Numbered from the stretch's first letter, positions 21,123-31,839 are shown. The stretch is 64,000 nt of DNA from an uncultured Ignavibacteriales bacterium (GCA_963704835.1 CAVPHW010000020.1:282820-346819), one strand, 5' to 3'. The notes: a model not told the origin generated them from the sequence alone. Made by a program: numbers and translations.

Positions 21123-21135
21123 TGCCTGGCTTTTA
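21103..21135. terminator. bidirectional intrinsic terminator
   Basis: Hairpin AGCCAG-N9-CTGGCT (21111-21131), flanked by an A-run upstream and a T-run downstream. It serves the convergent genes on both strands. Confidence 0.75.
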
Positions 21136-21157
21136 ACTTCATAAAAAAACACTTAAC

Positions 21158-23748
21158 TTATTTCAGTAAAAGCATTTTCTTTGTAACAACATTATTGTTA
21201 CTATTCAATCTGTAGATATAAGTTCCACTTGCCAAGTTAGAAGCATCAAAGCTATAAGAATAAGATCCAGCTTTTAATGCCTTGTTATTAACTAAATTAG
21301 CAACTTCTCTTCCCAAGATATCATAAATTCTCAAATCAACAACTGATTGTTCTGGTAAACCAAAACTAATTGTTGTTGTAGGATTAAATGGGTTTGGATA
21401 GTTTTGATCAACAAAGAACTTAGCTGGAATACTTGTTTCTAACACCAACTGGAATAATTGCATTAACAATTGTTATAGTAAAGTTTATCTTTACTTGTAG
21501 CTTGTTTTGTTGTTGCATCAAGAACAATTACATTCCATTCAACAGTTATTGAATCAGCACCATTCATAAGTGCAAGAATATCAAGAGCACTTATAGTTAC
21601 TTTAGGCTCAGCTGATTCAGCAGTGAACAACGCTGGAAGAACTACAAATTGATAACCAACAACGTCGTTGTTTAAATCAACTGCAGCTTCCCAAGTTAAT
21701 TCAAACGTATCGCTTGAATCTTTAATTTCGACAACAGAATTATTTGCAGGTGTTAGCAACGCAAAAGGTAGTGGAGCAACTTTAACATCTTGAGTAATTT
21801 CAGCATATCTCAATAATGTAATTTGGTATCCACCTGAAGCTGGAGTATTACTATCAAATTGTGTAGCAACACCAACTATATCAACTGGCCAAACTGGTTC
21901 TGCACCATCATCAACATCTGTATCTTTATCAACTCTTGCAACTAATTCAGATCCAGTACCTGTCCATACCATAAGATTTGCATCCTTTGTTGGTAAAGGC
22001 CATGCAGGAGAGGTTGCAGTTTTTGCAACACCACTAATCTTTATCATTGTGCCTTCGTACATTTCAGCTTTTGCTAAATAATCATCAATAGTTAAGGTTT
22101 TAACCAAAACTGCTCTTGAACTATCAACGAAAACAACATCAGTTGTTGGATCTACAACTTCAATTTCATTTAACCCACTATATTGAATTATTTTGCCGGT
22201 AACTATAACTCTATCACCAACTTTTAGTGTTGCAGGAGCTGGTTTACCACCTGCATACATTTGTAGACCACCAGTAGCATCTTGGATGTAGATTTGCATA
22301 CTGCTACTTGAAAGCGATTTGTTTAATACAACCCCAGAAACAGTAACAGTTTCATTTAACATATCTGGAACAAAATCACCGTTTAAATCCTTTTTAGCTT
22401 CAGCGATTGTTAATAGATCTGTAGTTGGAACTAAATCTAAAATAACCAAAGGAACTGGAGCAGTAGCGGGAATACCAGAATACATAACTTCTAATTCTGG
22501 ATCAGCATCAACGTTGCCTAAACTTATTACATCATATCTACCACCGCTAGCAAATAGCATTTCATCTATTCTAGAGATATAGTAGTTAGCTGGATCAGTA
22601 ATATCACCATCTTGGTACTCTACTCTATAAATAGCAGCATTAGGAGTTCCACCTCTTGTTCCAAAAACGTAATCCAAGTTTCCGTCCCCATCAATATCAC
22701 CAACATCACCACCGTAAAGACGACCGCCAGCACCAACATGAGGACCTAAATCTGCAATCATAGTTGTTGTTAATGCAGAACCGTCAAATTGTAATAAAAA
22801 TGTTTGAGGATTTGCAGAACCATAACCATTTACAATAATTTCTTTAGTTCCATCGCCATCAATATCAACAACAGCAGAAGATTTCCAAGAGCCTGTTGGA
22901 ACAGCATTTGCAACTACTGGAAGAGAAGTATAAACACCATTAGCATGTACAATTGGAGTTACATTTCCACCATCATGAATAAGAAGAATACGCACTATCT
23001 ACAACAGCTATATCATAAATTGTACCGGCAGCAATTGTTAAAGTTGCATCCAAACCGGAAACTTCCATAGTAAATGTTTCTGAACCATCACCATTATCTG
23101 GAATATTATCAACACCAATAACGCCAAATCTTTCAGCACCTGGCTCTATGCACCAAACACTAATTCTAAATCACCATCAAAATCAACATCTGTTAAATGC
23201 CATCTAAAAGGTCTTAAATTATAATTTGATGTTTCAATAATTGCCCACATTGCATTCGGATCATAATTACCATTACCATCATCAATACCCATAACGTCAG
23301 AGCCATCACCTTTTGATTCATATACAACTAATCTAGTATAAATAGTATCACCACCAGCCACCATTGTTACAGGCCCAAAGATAATTTCCATTTTACCATC
23401 GCCATCCCAATCTCCGTATGTTAAACCTGGCCAAGTATTTTGTGCCCTAAGAAAAGTTAATTCAGTTGTCCATACTCTCACCCAACCTGATCCATCATTT
23501 TCATATTTATGAATTCTTGGGGTTAGATCTTTACCGACAATATCAGACCAGTCATTATTTACAGAATAGATTTCCATCATTCCATCGCCATCAAAATCTA
23601 CTCCAGAAATTACGCCGCCTAATCCACCAACGTCATTGGTGTCAAGTGGAATTACTGCACTTCTAGTAAAAACATCATACTGAGCATTTAGTGCAGATGA
23701 TAAAAACAGAATTGTTAGAATGAGAAATGTAGCGTTAAGTCTTCTCAT
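21158..23748 (-). pseudogene. T9SS-secreted FG-GAP/VCBS-repeat protein with OB-fold-like module, fragmented
   Basis: Three ORFs (23748-23146, 22995-21463, 21469-21158) plus an unlisted piece in a third frame (about 23150-22985, IEPGAERFGVIGVDNIPDNGDGSETF...) together read as one protein. The order is signal peptide, DxDGDG repeats, a central module, then the T9SS C-terminal domain QNYPNPFNPTTTISF. Confidence 0.8.
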
Positions 23749-23784
23749 ATTGCCTCCTTATATTAGTTTGTGAATGAGTGAAAA

Positions 23785-25239
23785 TTACTTTAGCAAAGTC
23801 ATTTTGCCAGCAAACTTTTTACTTCCAACATAAAGTTGGTAAATATAATTACCAGATGCAAGATTTGAAGCATCAAAAGTAATTTTATATGAGCCAGCTG
23901 CTAAACTAGCTGAGTTTATTAAATTTGTGATCAACTCTCCATTTAGATTGTAAATTTTTAGAGAAACTTCATCTAGTTTATTAAGCTGAAATTCAATTGT
24001 TGTTGTTGGGTTAAACGGATTTGGATAATTTTGCTTTAGTGAAATTTCAGTTGGAATAATATCATTTATAATTTCAACACCAGTAATAGTTAACTCAACA
24101 ACCGGTAATTCGCCCGAGTATAGCCATTTATCAACAGTCCATCCATACCAAGATTGCGTATAGAGATTGTAATTTTCATCAAAATCAACAGCATAATTTG
24201 AAGCATAACCAGATGCCAAATTTTCAGAATTATGATTAGAATACTGACCTTCAATTGCTAAATTCCATTCGGCAGTATTCACTGTGTCCAATACTTCGCC
24301 AGTATTAGGATTTACGATGTATATTCTTCCATAAGAATAACCATTAGTTTCACCACTGACGAAACTAGCATCATGTGCAACAAAAAGTAAATTTTTATTA
24401 GGCATTAATTGTAATCCAAATGGTCCAACTTTTAACGGTCCATCAACTGCTTGAAATTCTCCATCAACTGAAAAGTTAAAACCATCATAGAGCGAATAAC
24501 CATTTACAGGATCGCCGACATAACAATAAACCTTATTTTCATTCCAGTTACTAACATAAACCACAGTTCCGTCATTATTGACTGTTATTCCTCTATTTGA
24601 GCCATTATCGGGTAAGGTTATACTTTGTAGGACTTTTCCAGATTTTCCATTTGAAGCCCATTTGGGGATTGTGTTTGGATCTTCCAAAACAATAAAAGAA
24701 CCAGTGTTTGTAGAATCACCTGGCTTAGTTACATAAACACGTCCATTGCCATCAATATCAATCGCCCAAACATAAGAATCCAATTTGAATCTTTGAGGAT
24801 AAGAAAAAATACTGTCATTTTTTACTTCAAAAACTAAAATACTATTACTTATTGTATCGTTGTTCGGAACAAAAACAAGGTTACCTTTAGAAGCAATATC
24901 ATTAACATCGAACATAAATTCTTGATCAAACAAATTTATCCATTTTGTTTTCCTGTCTACTTCTTGGTATGGAATATTTCCTAATCTACCTGAATTCTTT
25001 CCAGCATTTTGAAATCCAACTAGGTAATGTGCGTTTGCACTTCCTCTATTAACAACAGCAACAAATGAATCTTCTGCTAATGCTGTGACAGAAATAACAT
25101 TGTACCCAATACTGTTTAATGAATCAGGACTATCAGAAGTAACATATTCAACAGACCATTCACCATCAAATGATTGAGCAAAGTAGGATGTAGAAATAAA
25201 AAATAAAACTAAAAGTATTAATCTGTAAATTATTTTCAT
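23785..25239 (-). CDS. T9SS-secreted beta-propeller-like protein
   Basis: 484 aa with a signal peptide (FFISTSYFAQS), a repetitive beta-rich body and a C-terminal sorting domain QNYPNPFNPTTTIEF...GNYIYQL. Confidence 0.75.
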   Translation of the reverse strand: MKIIYRLILLVLFFISTSYFAQSFDGEWSVEYVTSDSPDSLNSIGYNVISVTALAEDSFVAVVNRGSANAHYLVGFQNAGKNSGRLGNIPYQEVDRKTKWINLFDQEFMFDVNDIASKGNLVFVPNNDTISNSILVFEVKNDSIFSYPQRFKLDSYVWAIDIDGNGRVYVTKPGDSTNTGSFIVLEDPNTIPKWASNGKSGKVLQSITLPDNGSNRGITVNNDGTVVYVSNWNENKVYCYVGDPVNGYSLYDGFNFSVDGEFQAVDGPLKVGPFGLQLMPNKNLLFVAHDASFVSGETNGYSYGRIYIVNPNTGEVLDTVNTAEWNLAIEGQYSNHNSENLASGYASNYAVDFDENYNLYTQSWYGWTVDKWLYSGELPVVELTITGVEIINDIIPTEISLKQNYPNPFNPTTTIEFQLNKLDEVSLKIYNLNGELITNLINSASLAAGSYKITFDASNLASGNYIYQLYVGSKKFAGKMTLLK

Positions 25240-25528
25240 TTTTTCTCCAATTTCAATTGAAAATTTTTAGGTCAAGATAATTATTTTCAAATAATAAAGT
25301 CAAGGTAAAGTATTACTAATATAAATAAAATTAATACCGATAATGGTATAAAGAGTGATATAAAACAAATTATTAAATAAATCATTGCTATTTCAATAAA
25401 CGTTCACCTTTTTAATACTTAAAATTGTTTAGATAATAATACAATCGCAAAATATTGTTTCATGTACACTAAAAATTATATTATTATTTTTCTTGACTTA
25501 TTTATCGGATTGAATTATTTTAAAAAGT

Positions 25529-25933
25529 ATGAAATTAATATCTAAAATTTCTCTTGTGTTTCTCATTTCTCTTACCACACTTATAAGTGGTACATTAATT
25601 CACAGATTTGTTGCCGAAAGTAATGGTGAAAACATTACACTCATTTGGGAAACAAGTGTTGAAGAGAATATCAAGCAATTTGAAATTTTAAGAGGACCTG
25701 ACAAAGACAATTTGGCTCCTATTGCTGTTGTCAATGCTAAAGGTAATAATTCTAGTTATACCTATATTGATGAAAATGCTTATAAAACATCTGCATCGTT
25801 TTATGCTTATGGTTTAGTTTTGGTTGATAATTCTGGCAGTAGATCAAATGTTGTACTTCGCACTCAAATTATGCACGATAAAGTCTCTGGATTCAAAAGA
25901 ACCTGGGGAAGTATTAAAGCTCTATTCCGTTAA
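25529..25933 (+). CDS. small secreted hypothetical protein
   Basis: 134 aa with an N-terminal signal/anchor, an Ig/FN3-like beta-rich body and a basic C-terminal tail, TWGSIKALFR. Confidence 0.5.
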   Translation: MKLISKISLVFLISLTTLISGTLIHRFVAESNGENITLIWETSVEENIKQFEILRGPDKDNLAPIAVVNAKGNNSSYTYIDENAYKTSASFYAYGLVLVDNSGSRSNVVLRTQIMHDKVSGFKRTWGSIKALFR

Positions 25934-25954
25934 TTTTCCTTTCTCCAAACCTTT

Positions 25955-26533
25955 ATGGTTAAATTTTCCGAAACACTTTATCTAGCTTCCAAGTCACCAA
26001 GAAGGATTCAAATGCTGCAATCACTTGGTATTCCGTTTAAACTAGTTCCTATTGACCTAAATGAAATTTTACAAAAAGATTCAACACCACTTAACAACGT
26101 TAAAAGGCTCGCGACTGAAAAATGTTCAAAAGCATTTGATTCTGTTGATGAAGGAATTGTAATTGCTGCAGATACAATAGTTGTCCTGGAGAATGAAATA
26201 ATTTCCAAACCAAAATCAAAAATAGATGCTAAAAGAATATTGCAAAAGCTTAGTGGAAAATCTCATTTCGTTTACACTGGTTTTGCAATCGGTAATGCTA
26301 GGACTAAGAAAATTATTGTAGACCACGAAAGAACAACGGTTTCTTTTTACACACTTACTGAAAAAGAAATTAAGCAATACATTGGGACAGGAAGCCCAAT
26401 GGATAAGGCAGGTGCTTATGGAATTCAAGATGATTATGGAATGTTCTTTGTTAAAAAAATTAATGGATGTTATAATAATGTTGTAGGATTCCCTATAGCA
26501 AAGATTTTCAAAACACTTGAAAACTTAATGTGA
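25955..26533 (+). CDS. maf: Maf-like nucleoside triphosphate pyrophosphatase
   Basis: 192 aa with LASKSPRRIQMLQSLGIPF and KAGAYGIQD motifs. Confidence 0.9.
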   Translation: MVKFSETLYLASKSPRRIQMLQSLGIPFKLVPIDLNEILQKDSTPLNNVKRLATEKCSKAFDSVDEGIVIAADTIVVLENEIISKPKSKIDAKRILQKLSGKSHFVYTGFAIGNARTKKIIVDHERTTVSFYTLTEKEIKQYIGTGSPMDKAGAYGIQDDYGMFFVKKINGCYNNVVGFPIAKIFKTLENLM

Positions 26534-26537
26534 GATT

Positions 26538-27473
26538 TTGCCAAACTTAAAAAGAAATATAATTTTATCAATCGTATTTATTTTTATTGTTTATTTGTTT
26601 TTAAGCTTTTTCGCTGATTTTGATTCATTAGTCCAATCAATCATTACACTTTCTTTTTCAAACCATATTCTTTTATTATTCATTGCAATCGCCATCGTAT
26701 CAATTAAGTTTTACAGATGGCACCAATTGTTAAGTACCTCTGGCATTAGCATAAGTATTAGAAATTCTATTTTAGTCTTCTTATCAGGGCTTGTGATGAG
26801 TATAACACCAGGGAAACTAGGAGAATTATTCAAATCATATTTACTTAAAAAATATTTTAAAATTGAATTGCTTAAAAGCCTACCAGTAATAATAGCTGAA
26901 AGAGTAACTGAGTTTATTAGCTTGTTGTTCCTAAGTATTTTATTTTTGATTTTTATGAACCAATATGACTTAGTCTTGATAATACTACTTTTTAGCTTCT
27001 CGTTCGCTGTTATTTTATTATTTAATGCGAGAGCTATTTCAATGATAATAAATCTATTAGGCAATATATCTTTTCTTAAAATCGACCAAGTAAAAAGAAA
27101 AGTATTATTGGATAATTTGTCCATATTTAGAGATACCAAAACATACCTAATAAGTATTTCTGCATGGCTATTTGAGTTCTTTGGTTTTTATATAATTCTG
27201 TTTAATTTTGTTAGTGATATTAATGTAATTAAAGCGTTTTCATTATATTCATTTGCATTAATTATTGGTTCTATAAGCATGTTACCAGGTGGAATAGGAA
27301 CAACAGAAAGTTCGCTAGCCTTTATTCTTATTCAAGAAGGGTTTTTGAAAGCTGATTCATTTGCAGCTACCTTTTTAATTAGAGCTTTTACATTATGGTT
27401 TGCAATTTTTATAGGGTTGATAGCAACAATTTTATTTCTCAAAATAAACAGAAGTGAAACAGCACAAGGTTAG
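26538..27473 (+). CDS. UPF0104 / lysyl-PG-synthase-TM-like flippase-like membrane protein
   Basis: 311-aa polytopic protein. KFYRWHQLL and ITPGKLGELFKSYLLKK resemble TIGR00374-type proteins. Confidence 0.65.
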   Translation: MPNLKRNIILSIVFIFIVYLFLSFFADFDSLVQSIITLSFSNHILLLFIAIAIVSIKFYRWHQLLSTSGISISIRNSILVFLSGLVMSITPGKLGELFKSYLLKKYFKIELLKSLPVIIAERVTEFISLLFLSILFLIFMNQYDLVLIILLFSFSFAVILLFNARAISMIINLLGNISFLKIDQVKRKVLLDNLSIFRDTKTYLISISAWLFEFFGFYIILFNFVSDINVIKAFSLYSFALIIGSISMLPGGIGTTESSLAFILIQEGFLKADSFAATFLIRAFTLWFAIFIGLIATILFLKINRSETAQG

Positions 27474-28741
27474 TGCTCGCGGAGATTATTTTGCCGATTT
27501 ACAAAAAAATTAAACTTCCCCAAAAGGGTCACAAAATTCAAATTGAAGGTGACCGCTTATTGGTTCCAAATGACCCAATAATTCCTTTTTTAGAAGGCGA
27601 TGGAATAGGTCGCGATATCTGGAAAACTACACGCGAAGTAATAGATTCTGCAGTAAACAAAGCTTACAAAGGTATTAAAGAAATAGTTTGGCTAGAAGTT
27701 TATGCTGGTGAGAAAGCAATCAAAACCTATGGCAAGAATCAATATTTACCAAATGAAACTATACAAGCAATTAAAGAATATTCTGTTGCAATAAAAGGAC
27801 CTTTAACAACTCCGGTTGGAGGAGGCATCAACAGTATTAATGTTTTGCTGAAACAAAAACTTGACCTCTTTGCTTCAGTTCTTCCGGTTAAATTTTACAG
27901 CGGCTCACCAAGTCCTGTGAAACGACCTCAAGATTTAGATGTAGTTATTTTTAGTGAAAATACAGAAGATGTTCATTCTGGGATAGAATTTAAAGCAAAC
28001 ACAAAAAGTGCGAATGAAGTAATTGAATTTATTAATTCAATTAGTAAAAAAAATATTGTAAGTGGTTCCGGTATAGGAATAAAACCAATAAGTGAATTCA
28101 GTACAGTTAGACTTGTAAAAAAAGCAATTGAATACGCAATTGAAAACAAAAGAAGTAGCGTAACCCTGGTTCATAAAGGTAATATTATGAAGTTTACAGA
28201 GGGTGCTTTTAGAGATTGGGGTTATAAGACTGCGAAAAAATATTTTGCGAATGAAGTTGTATTTGAAGATGAACTAAAAGTTAAGTATGACGGAAAACTT
28301 CCGGAAGGAAAAATTTTAATAAATGATAGATTAGCTGATGATATGTTCCAACAATTACTTCTGCATCCAACTGATTTTGATGTAATTGCAACTTCCAATT
28401 TAAATGGTGAATTTTTGTCTAATGCCTGCGCTGCTCAAGTTGGTGGATTAGGAATAGTTCCTAGGGCAAATTATAGTTATCACTATGGACTTTTTGAAGC
28501 TGGGCATGGATCTGCTCCAAAGTATGCTGGAATGGATAAAGCTAATCCTAGTTCCTTAATCTTATCTGGTGCAATGATGCTTCAATATTTAGGTTGGAGT
28601 AAAGCATCGGGACTAATTGAAAAGGCAATGAGAAAAACAATCAAATCAAAAATTGTAACTTTTGATTTTGCAAGGAAGATGAAAGGAGCAAAGGAAGTAA
28701 GTTGCTCTAATTTTGGAAAAACATTGATAAAAAATCTATAA
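27473..28741 (+). CDS. icd: NADP-dependent isocitrate dehydrogenase
   Basis: 422 aa with VPNDPIIPFLEGDGIGRDIW and a C-terminal GSAPKYAGMDKANP motif. GTG start; the exact start is uncertain. Confidence 0.92.
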   Translation: MLAEIILPIYKKIKLPQKGHKIQIEGDRLLVPNDPIIPFLEGDGIGRDIWKTTREVIDSAVNKAYKGIKEIVWLEVYAGEKAIKTYGKNQYLPNETIQAIKEYSVAIKGPLTTPVGGGINSINVLLKQKLDLFASVLPVKFYSGSPSPVKRPQDLDVVIFSENTEDVHSGIEFKANTKSANEVIEFINSISKKNIVSGSGIGIKPISEFSTVRLVKKAIEYAIENKRSSVTLVHKGNIMKFTEGAFRDWGYKTAKKYFANEVVFEDELKVKYDGKLPEGKILINDRLADDMFQQLLLHPTDFDVIATSNLNGEFLSNACAAQVGGLGIVPRANYSYHYGLFEAGHGSAPKYAGMDKANPSSLILSGAMMLQYLGWSKASGLIEKAMRKTIKSKIVTFDFARKMKGAKEVSCSNFGKTLIKNL

Positions 28742-28841
28742 GATTTAAGAGATTATTTAAATAATGTTTTAATTCTCCTTGATTTTTGAATATACGAATA
28801 TTATTATAAGTCAAAATAAACTAAAAATAAACGGAGGAAAA

Positions 28842-29258
28842 ATGAGTGACGATAATGGAATGAGCAAAGGAATTATTTTGGGATTTTTAACCGGTACTAT
28901 CGTAGGTTCTATTTTGGGATTGCTTTATGCTCCAAAATCTGGGAAAGAATTAAGAGGGGAACTTAGAGAAAAATCTAATGATTTTCTTGGAGAAGCAGAA
29001 GATTATATTGAACAAGCCAAAGGAAAAGCAAATCTTCTAATTAATGACGGGAAGAAAAAATCTGAAAAATTGATTGCTGATGCAAAAGTAAAAGTTGAAA
29101 GTTTACTTAGTGAAGCCGAAAAAATAGTTGATGATGCTAAAGGCAAAACAAAAACTATTCTAGACTCAAGCAAAGACAAATTTGGCAAAGAAGGCGAAAA
29201 ACTTAAAAGCGCTATCAAAGCCGGAGTTGATACTTACAAAACTGAAAGAGAAGCATAA
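28842..29258 (+). CDS. YtxH domain protein
   Basis: The ATG after a GGAGG RBS is preferred over the upstream TTG of the track ORF. GFLTGTIVGSILGLLYAPKSGKELRGEL is the YtxH signature. Confidence 0.8.
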   Translation: MSDDNGMSKGIILGFLTGTIVGSILGLLYAPKSGKELRGELREKSNDFLGEAEDYIEQAKGKANLLINDGKKKSEKLIADAKVKVESLLSEAEKIVDDAKGKTKTILDSSKDKFGKEGEKLKSAIKAGVDTYKTEREA

Positions 29259-29260
29259 CC

Positions 29261-29638
29261 ATGTCAATTCTAAATATTTTGCTTATAATCGCAATATTTG
29301 TTGCAATTATAGTTGGCATTTATCTGATATTGGCATTGAAAAAAATAACTGAAACTCTTGATGATGTAAGAAAGGATATGGGCTTATTTAGAAATGGTAT
29401 TGAACCAATATTAGAAAATATTTCAATCATTACTGAAAAAGCTGCAAATATTAGTAGTACAACTGAGCAAAGAGTTTTAGACATTAGTGATACAATCCAA
29501 AATGTTAAAAACACCGTTTCTAGATTTTCCTTTAAAGGAAGTCGTGAAACAGGAAGAAATCCAGTTCAAGAATTATTAAGTAATGTAACTGCTTTTTCTA
29601 AGGGGTTTTCGGCATTTTGGAAAAAATTAAATAATTAA
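29261..29638 (+). CDS. DUF948 domain membrane protein
   Basis: 125 aa with an N-terminal TM helix followed by a helical region, as in DUF948. It is adjacent to the YtxH gene, as in many genomes. Confidence 0.65.
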   Translation: MSILNILLIIAIFVAIIVGIYLILALKKITETLDDVRKDMGLFRNGIEPILENISIITEKAANISSTTEQRVLDISDTIQNVKNTVSRFSFKGSRETGRNPVQELLSNVTAFSKGFSAFWKKLNN

Positions 29639-29671
29639 ACGCTGATAACATATTAAATTTGTGGAGGCATT

Positions 29672-31762
29672 TTGAGTGATTTTACTCCCAATGCAATAAG
29701 AAATATTGCATTTGTTGGTCATGGTGGGTGTGGAAAAACTTCCATATCTGAATTTTTGCTTTATTCTGCTGGAGAAATAAACCGAATAGGTACAATAGCA
29801 GAGGGTACTACAACCTCAGATTTTAATCCAAATGAAATTGAACGACAAATTTCCATTTCCTCATCGGTACTGCATTTTACATGGAAAAATACTAAAGTTA
29901 ATTTAATTGATACACCTGGCTATTCGGATTTTATTGGTGCTGTTAAATCAAGTCTACATGTTGTAGATACAGCAATTGTAATACTCAGAGGTGCTGAAGG
30001 AGTTGAAGTTGGGACCGAATCAGCATGGGAATATATTAACAAATTAAATTTACCTGCTTCAATTATGGTAAATAAATTAGACAATGAACATTCTAATTTT
30101 GAAAAAACAGTTGAAATGGCAAAAAATAGACTAAGCCATGACGTTACTGTAGTTAGTTTTCCAATAAATGAAGGTATAAATTTTAATTCTATTGTTGATG
30201 TAATTAAAATGAAAAAGTTTACTTTTTCAGATCCTAAATCTAAAAAAGTAACTGAAGAATCGATTCCAGCCGAATTTAAAGAAAAAGCTGAAAAATTAAG
30301 AGAACAATTGATTGAGAAAGTTGCTGAATCTACCGAAGATTTAATGGAAAAGTTTTTTGAAAATGGCACCTTAAATGAAGAAGATTTTAATAGAGGATTA
30401 AAAAATGCGATTTTAGGTAGAACCGTGATTCCTGTTTTTGCTGTATCCGCGGAAAAAGGTGCGGGACTATTTGATTTTATTGATTTTGTGGTTGAATACT
30501 TGCCTTCTCCGATTGATAGAAAACCTGCAATTGCAAAAATTGCTGGAACTGAAAATGAGGTAGAAGTAAAATGCGATCCAAATGGTGAACCGGCCTTGTT
30601 GGTTTTTAAATCCATGTCCGAAGCTCACGTTGGAGAATTATCAGTATTCAAAGTATATTCTGGAACATTACAAGCTGGTATGGATCTTTTTAATGAAGAA
30701 AGAAGCAAACCAGAAAGACTTGGTCAAATTTATGTTCTAAATGGACACGATAGAACCGAAGTTACTAACTTATTAGCTGGTGATATTGGAGCAGTTGTTA
30801 AATTAAAGGACACCCATACTAACAATACTCTGTGCAGTAAAGAATTTGGTATTATTTTACCACATATTGAATTTCCTGATCCTGTAATTAGAGGTGCTGT
30901 AATTCCACAATCAAAAGGTGATGAAGATAAAATTTCCAGCGGTTTACATACAGTCCATGAAGAAGATCCAACTTTATTAGTAAAATTTGAACCAGAGTTA
31001 GGGCAAACAATTATTTCTGGTCAAGGGGAACTTCATCTTACTCTTGCAATAAAATTGTTAAAAGACCGTTATAAAGTTGAAGTGGATTTAGTACAACCTA
31101 GAATTCCCTATAGAGAAACTATTAGAGGAGTTTGTGACAGCGTTGAATATAAGCATAAAAAACAATCAGGTGGACGCGGTCAGTTTGGACACGTATTTTT
31201 GAAAATGGAACCGCTACCGCAGGGTGGTGGATTTGAATTTGTTAATGCAATTGTTGGTGGTGTAATTCCAGGAAGATTTATTCCTGCTGTTGAAAAGGGA
31301 ATAAGAGAGATGTTGGAAAAAGGAATTTTAACCGGAAGTAAGGTTGTTGATATTAAAGCTACTTTATTTGATGGTAACTTCCACAATGTTGATTCTGATG
31401 AAGTTTCATTTAAAATTGCGGGTTCCCAAGCTTTTAAAAAAGGATTTTTATCAGCAAAACCAGTGCTTCTTGAGCCTATTTATGATTTAGCTATTAAAGT
31501 TCCTGAAGAGTTTATGGGTGACGTAATGGGCGATATTTCAAGTAGAAGAGGTAAGATATCTGGAATGGAAGCAGAAGGTCCATTTCAAATTATCAAAGCT
31601 AAAGTTCCTTTGGCGGAATTATATAAATACTCTACTCAATTGAGAAGTTTAACCTCCGGTAGAGGAATTCATACAAGAAATTTCTCACACTATGAACCAG
31701 TAGCTAAAGATGTGGAAGCTAAGGTAATAGAGGAATATAACAAATCTAAAACGGAAGAATAA
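29672..31762 (+). CDS. elongation factor G paralog (EF-G2-like)
   Basis: 696 aa with the full EF-G domain order but an atypical G1 motif, GHGGCGKTS, instead of AHIDAGKTT. DTPGY and NKLD are present. TTG start after GGAGG. Confidence 0.85.
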   Translation: MSDFTPNAIRNIAFVGHGGCGKTSISEFLLYSAGEINRIGTIAEGTTTSDFNPNEIERQISISSSVLHFTWKNTKVNLIDTPGYSDFIGAVKSSLHVVDTAIVILRGAEGVEVGTESAWEYINKLNLPASIMVNKLDNEHSNFEKTVEMAKNRLSHDVTVVSFPINEGINFNSIVDVIKMKKFTFSDPKSKKVTEESIPAEFKEKAEKLREQLIEKVAESTEDLMEKFFENGTLNEEDFNRGLKNAILGRTVIPVFAVSAEKGAGLFDFIDFVVEYLPSPIDRKPAIAKIAGTENEVEVKCDPNGEPALLVFKSMSEAHVGELSVFKVYSGTLQAGMDLFNEERSKPERLGQIYVLNGHDRTEVTNLLAGDIGAVVKLKDTHTNNTLCSKEFGIILPHIEFPDPVIRGAVIPQSKGDEDKISSGLHTVHEEDPTLLVKFEPELGQTIISGQGELHLTLAIKLLKDRYKVEVDLVQPRIPYRETIRGVCDSVEYKHKKQSGGRGQFGHVFLKMEPLPQGGGFEFVNAIVGGVIPGRFIPAVEKGIREMLEKGILTGSKVVDIKATLFDGNFHNVDSDEVSFKIAGSQAFKKGFLSAKPVLLEPIYDLAIKVPEEFMGDVMGDISSRRGKISGMEAEGPFQIIKAKVPLAELYKYSTQLRSLTSGRGIHTRNFSHYEPVAKDVEAKVIEEYNKSKTEE

Positions 31763-31784
31763 TAAATAATCATCAGTTATAATT

Positions 31785-31820
31785 AGAGGTTGTTCGCTAA
31801 AAAGTTGACAACCTCTTTTA
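31785..31820 (+). terminator. intrinsic terminator
   Basis: Hairpin AGAGGTTGT (31785-31793) / ACAACCTCT (31808-31816) followed by TTTT. Confidence 0.8.
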
Positions 31821-31839
31821 ATTTAATAGAGAGACTCGA

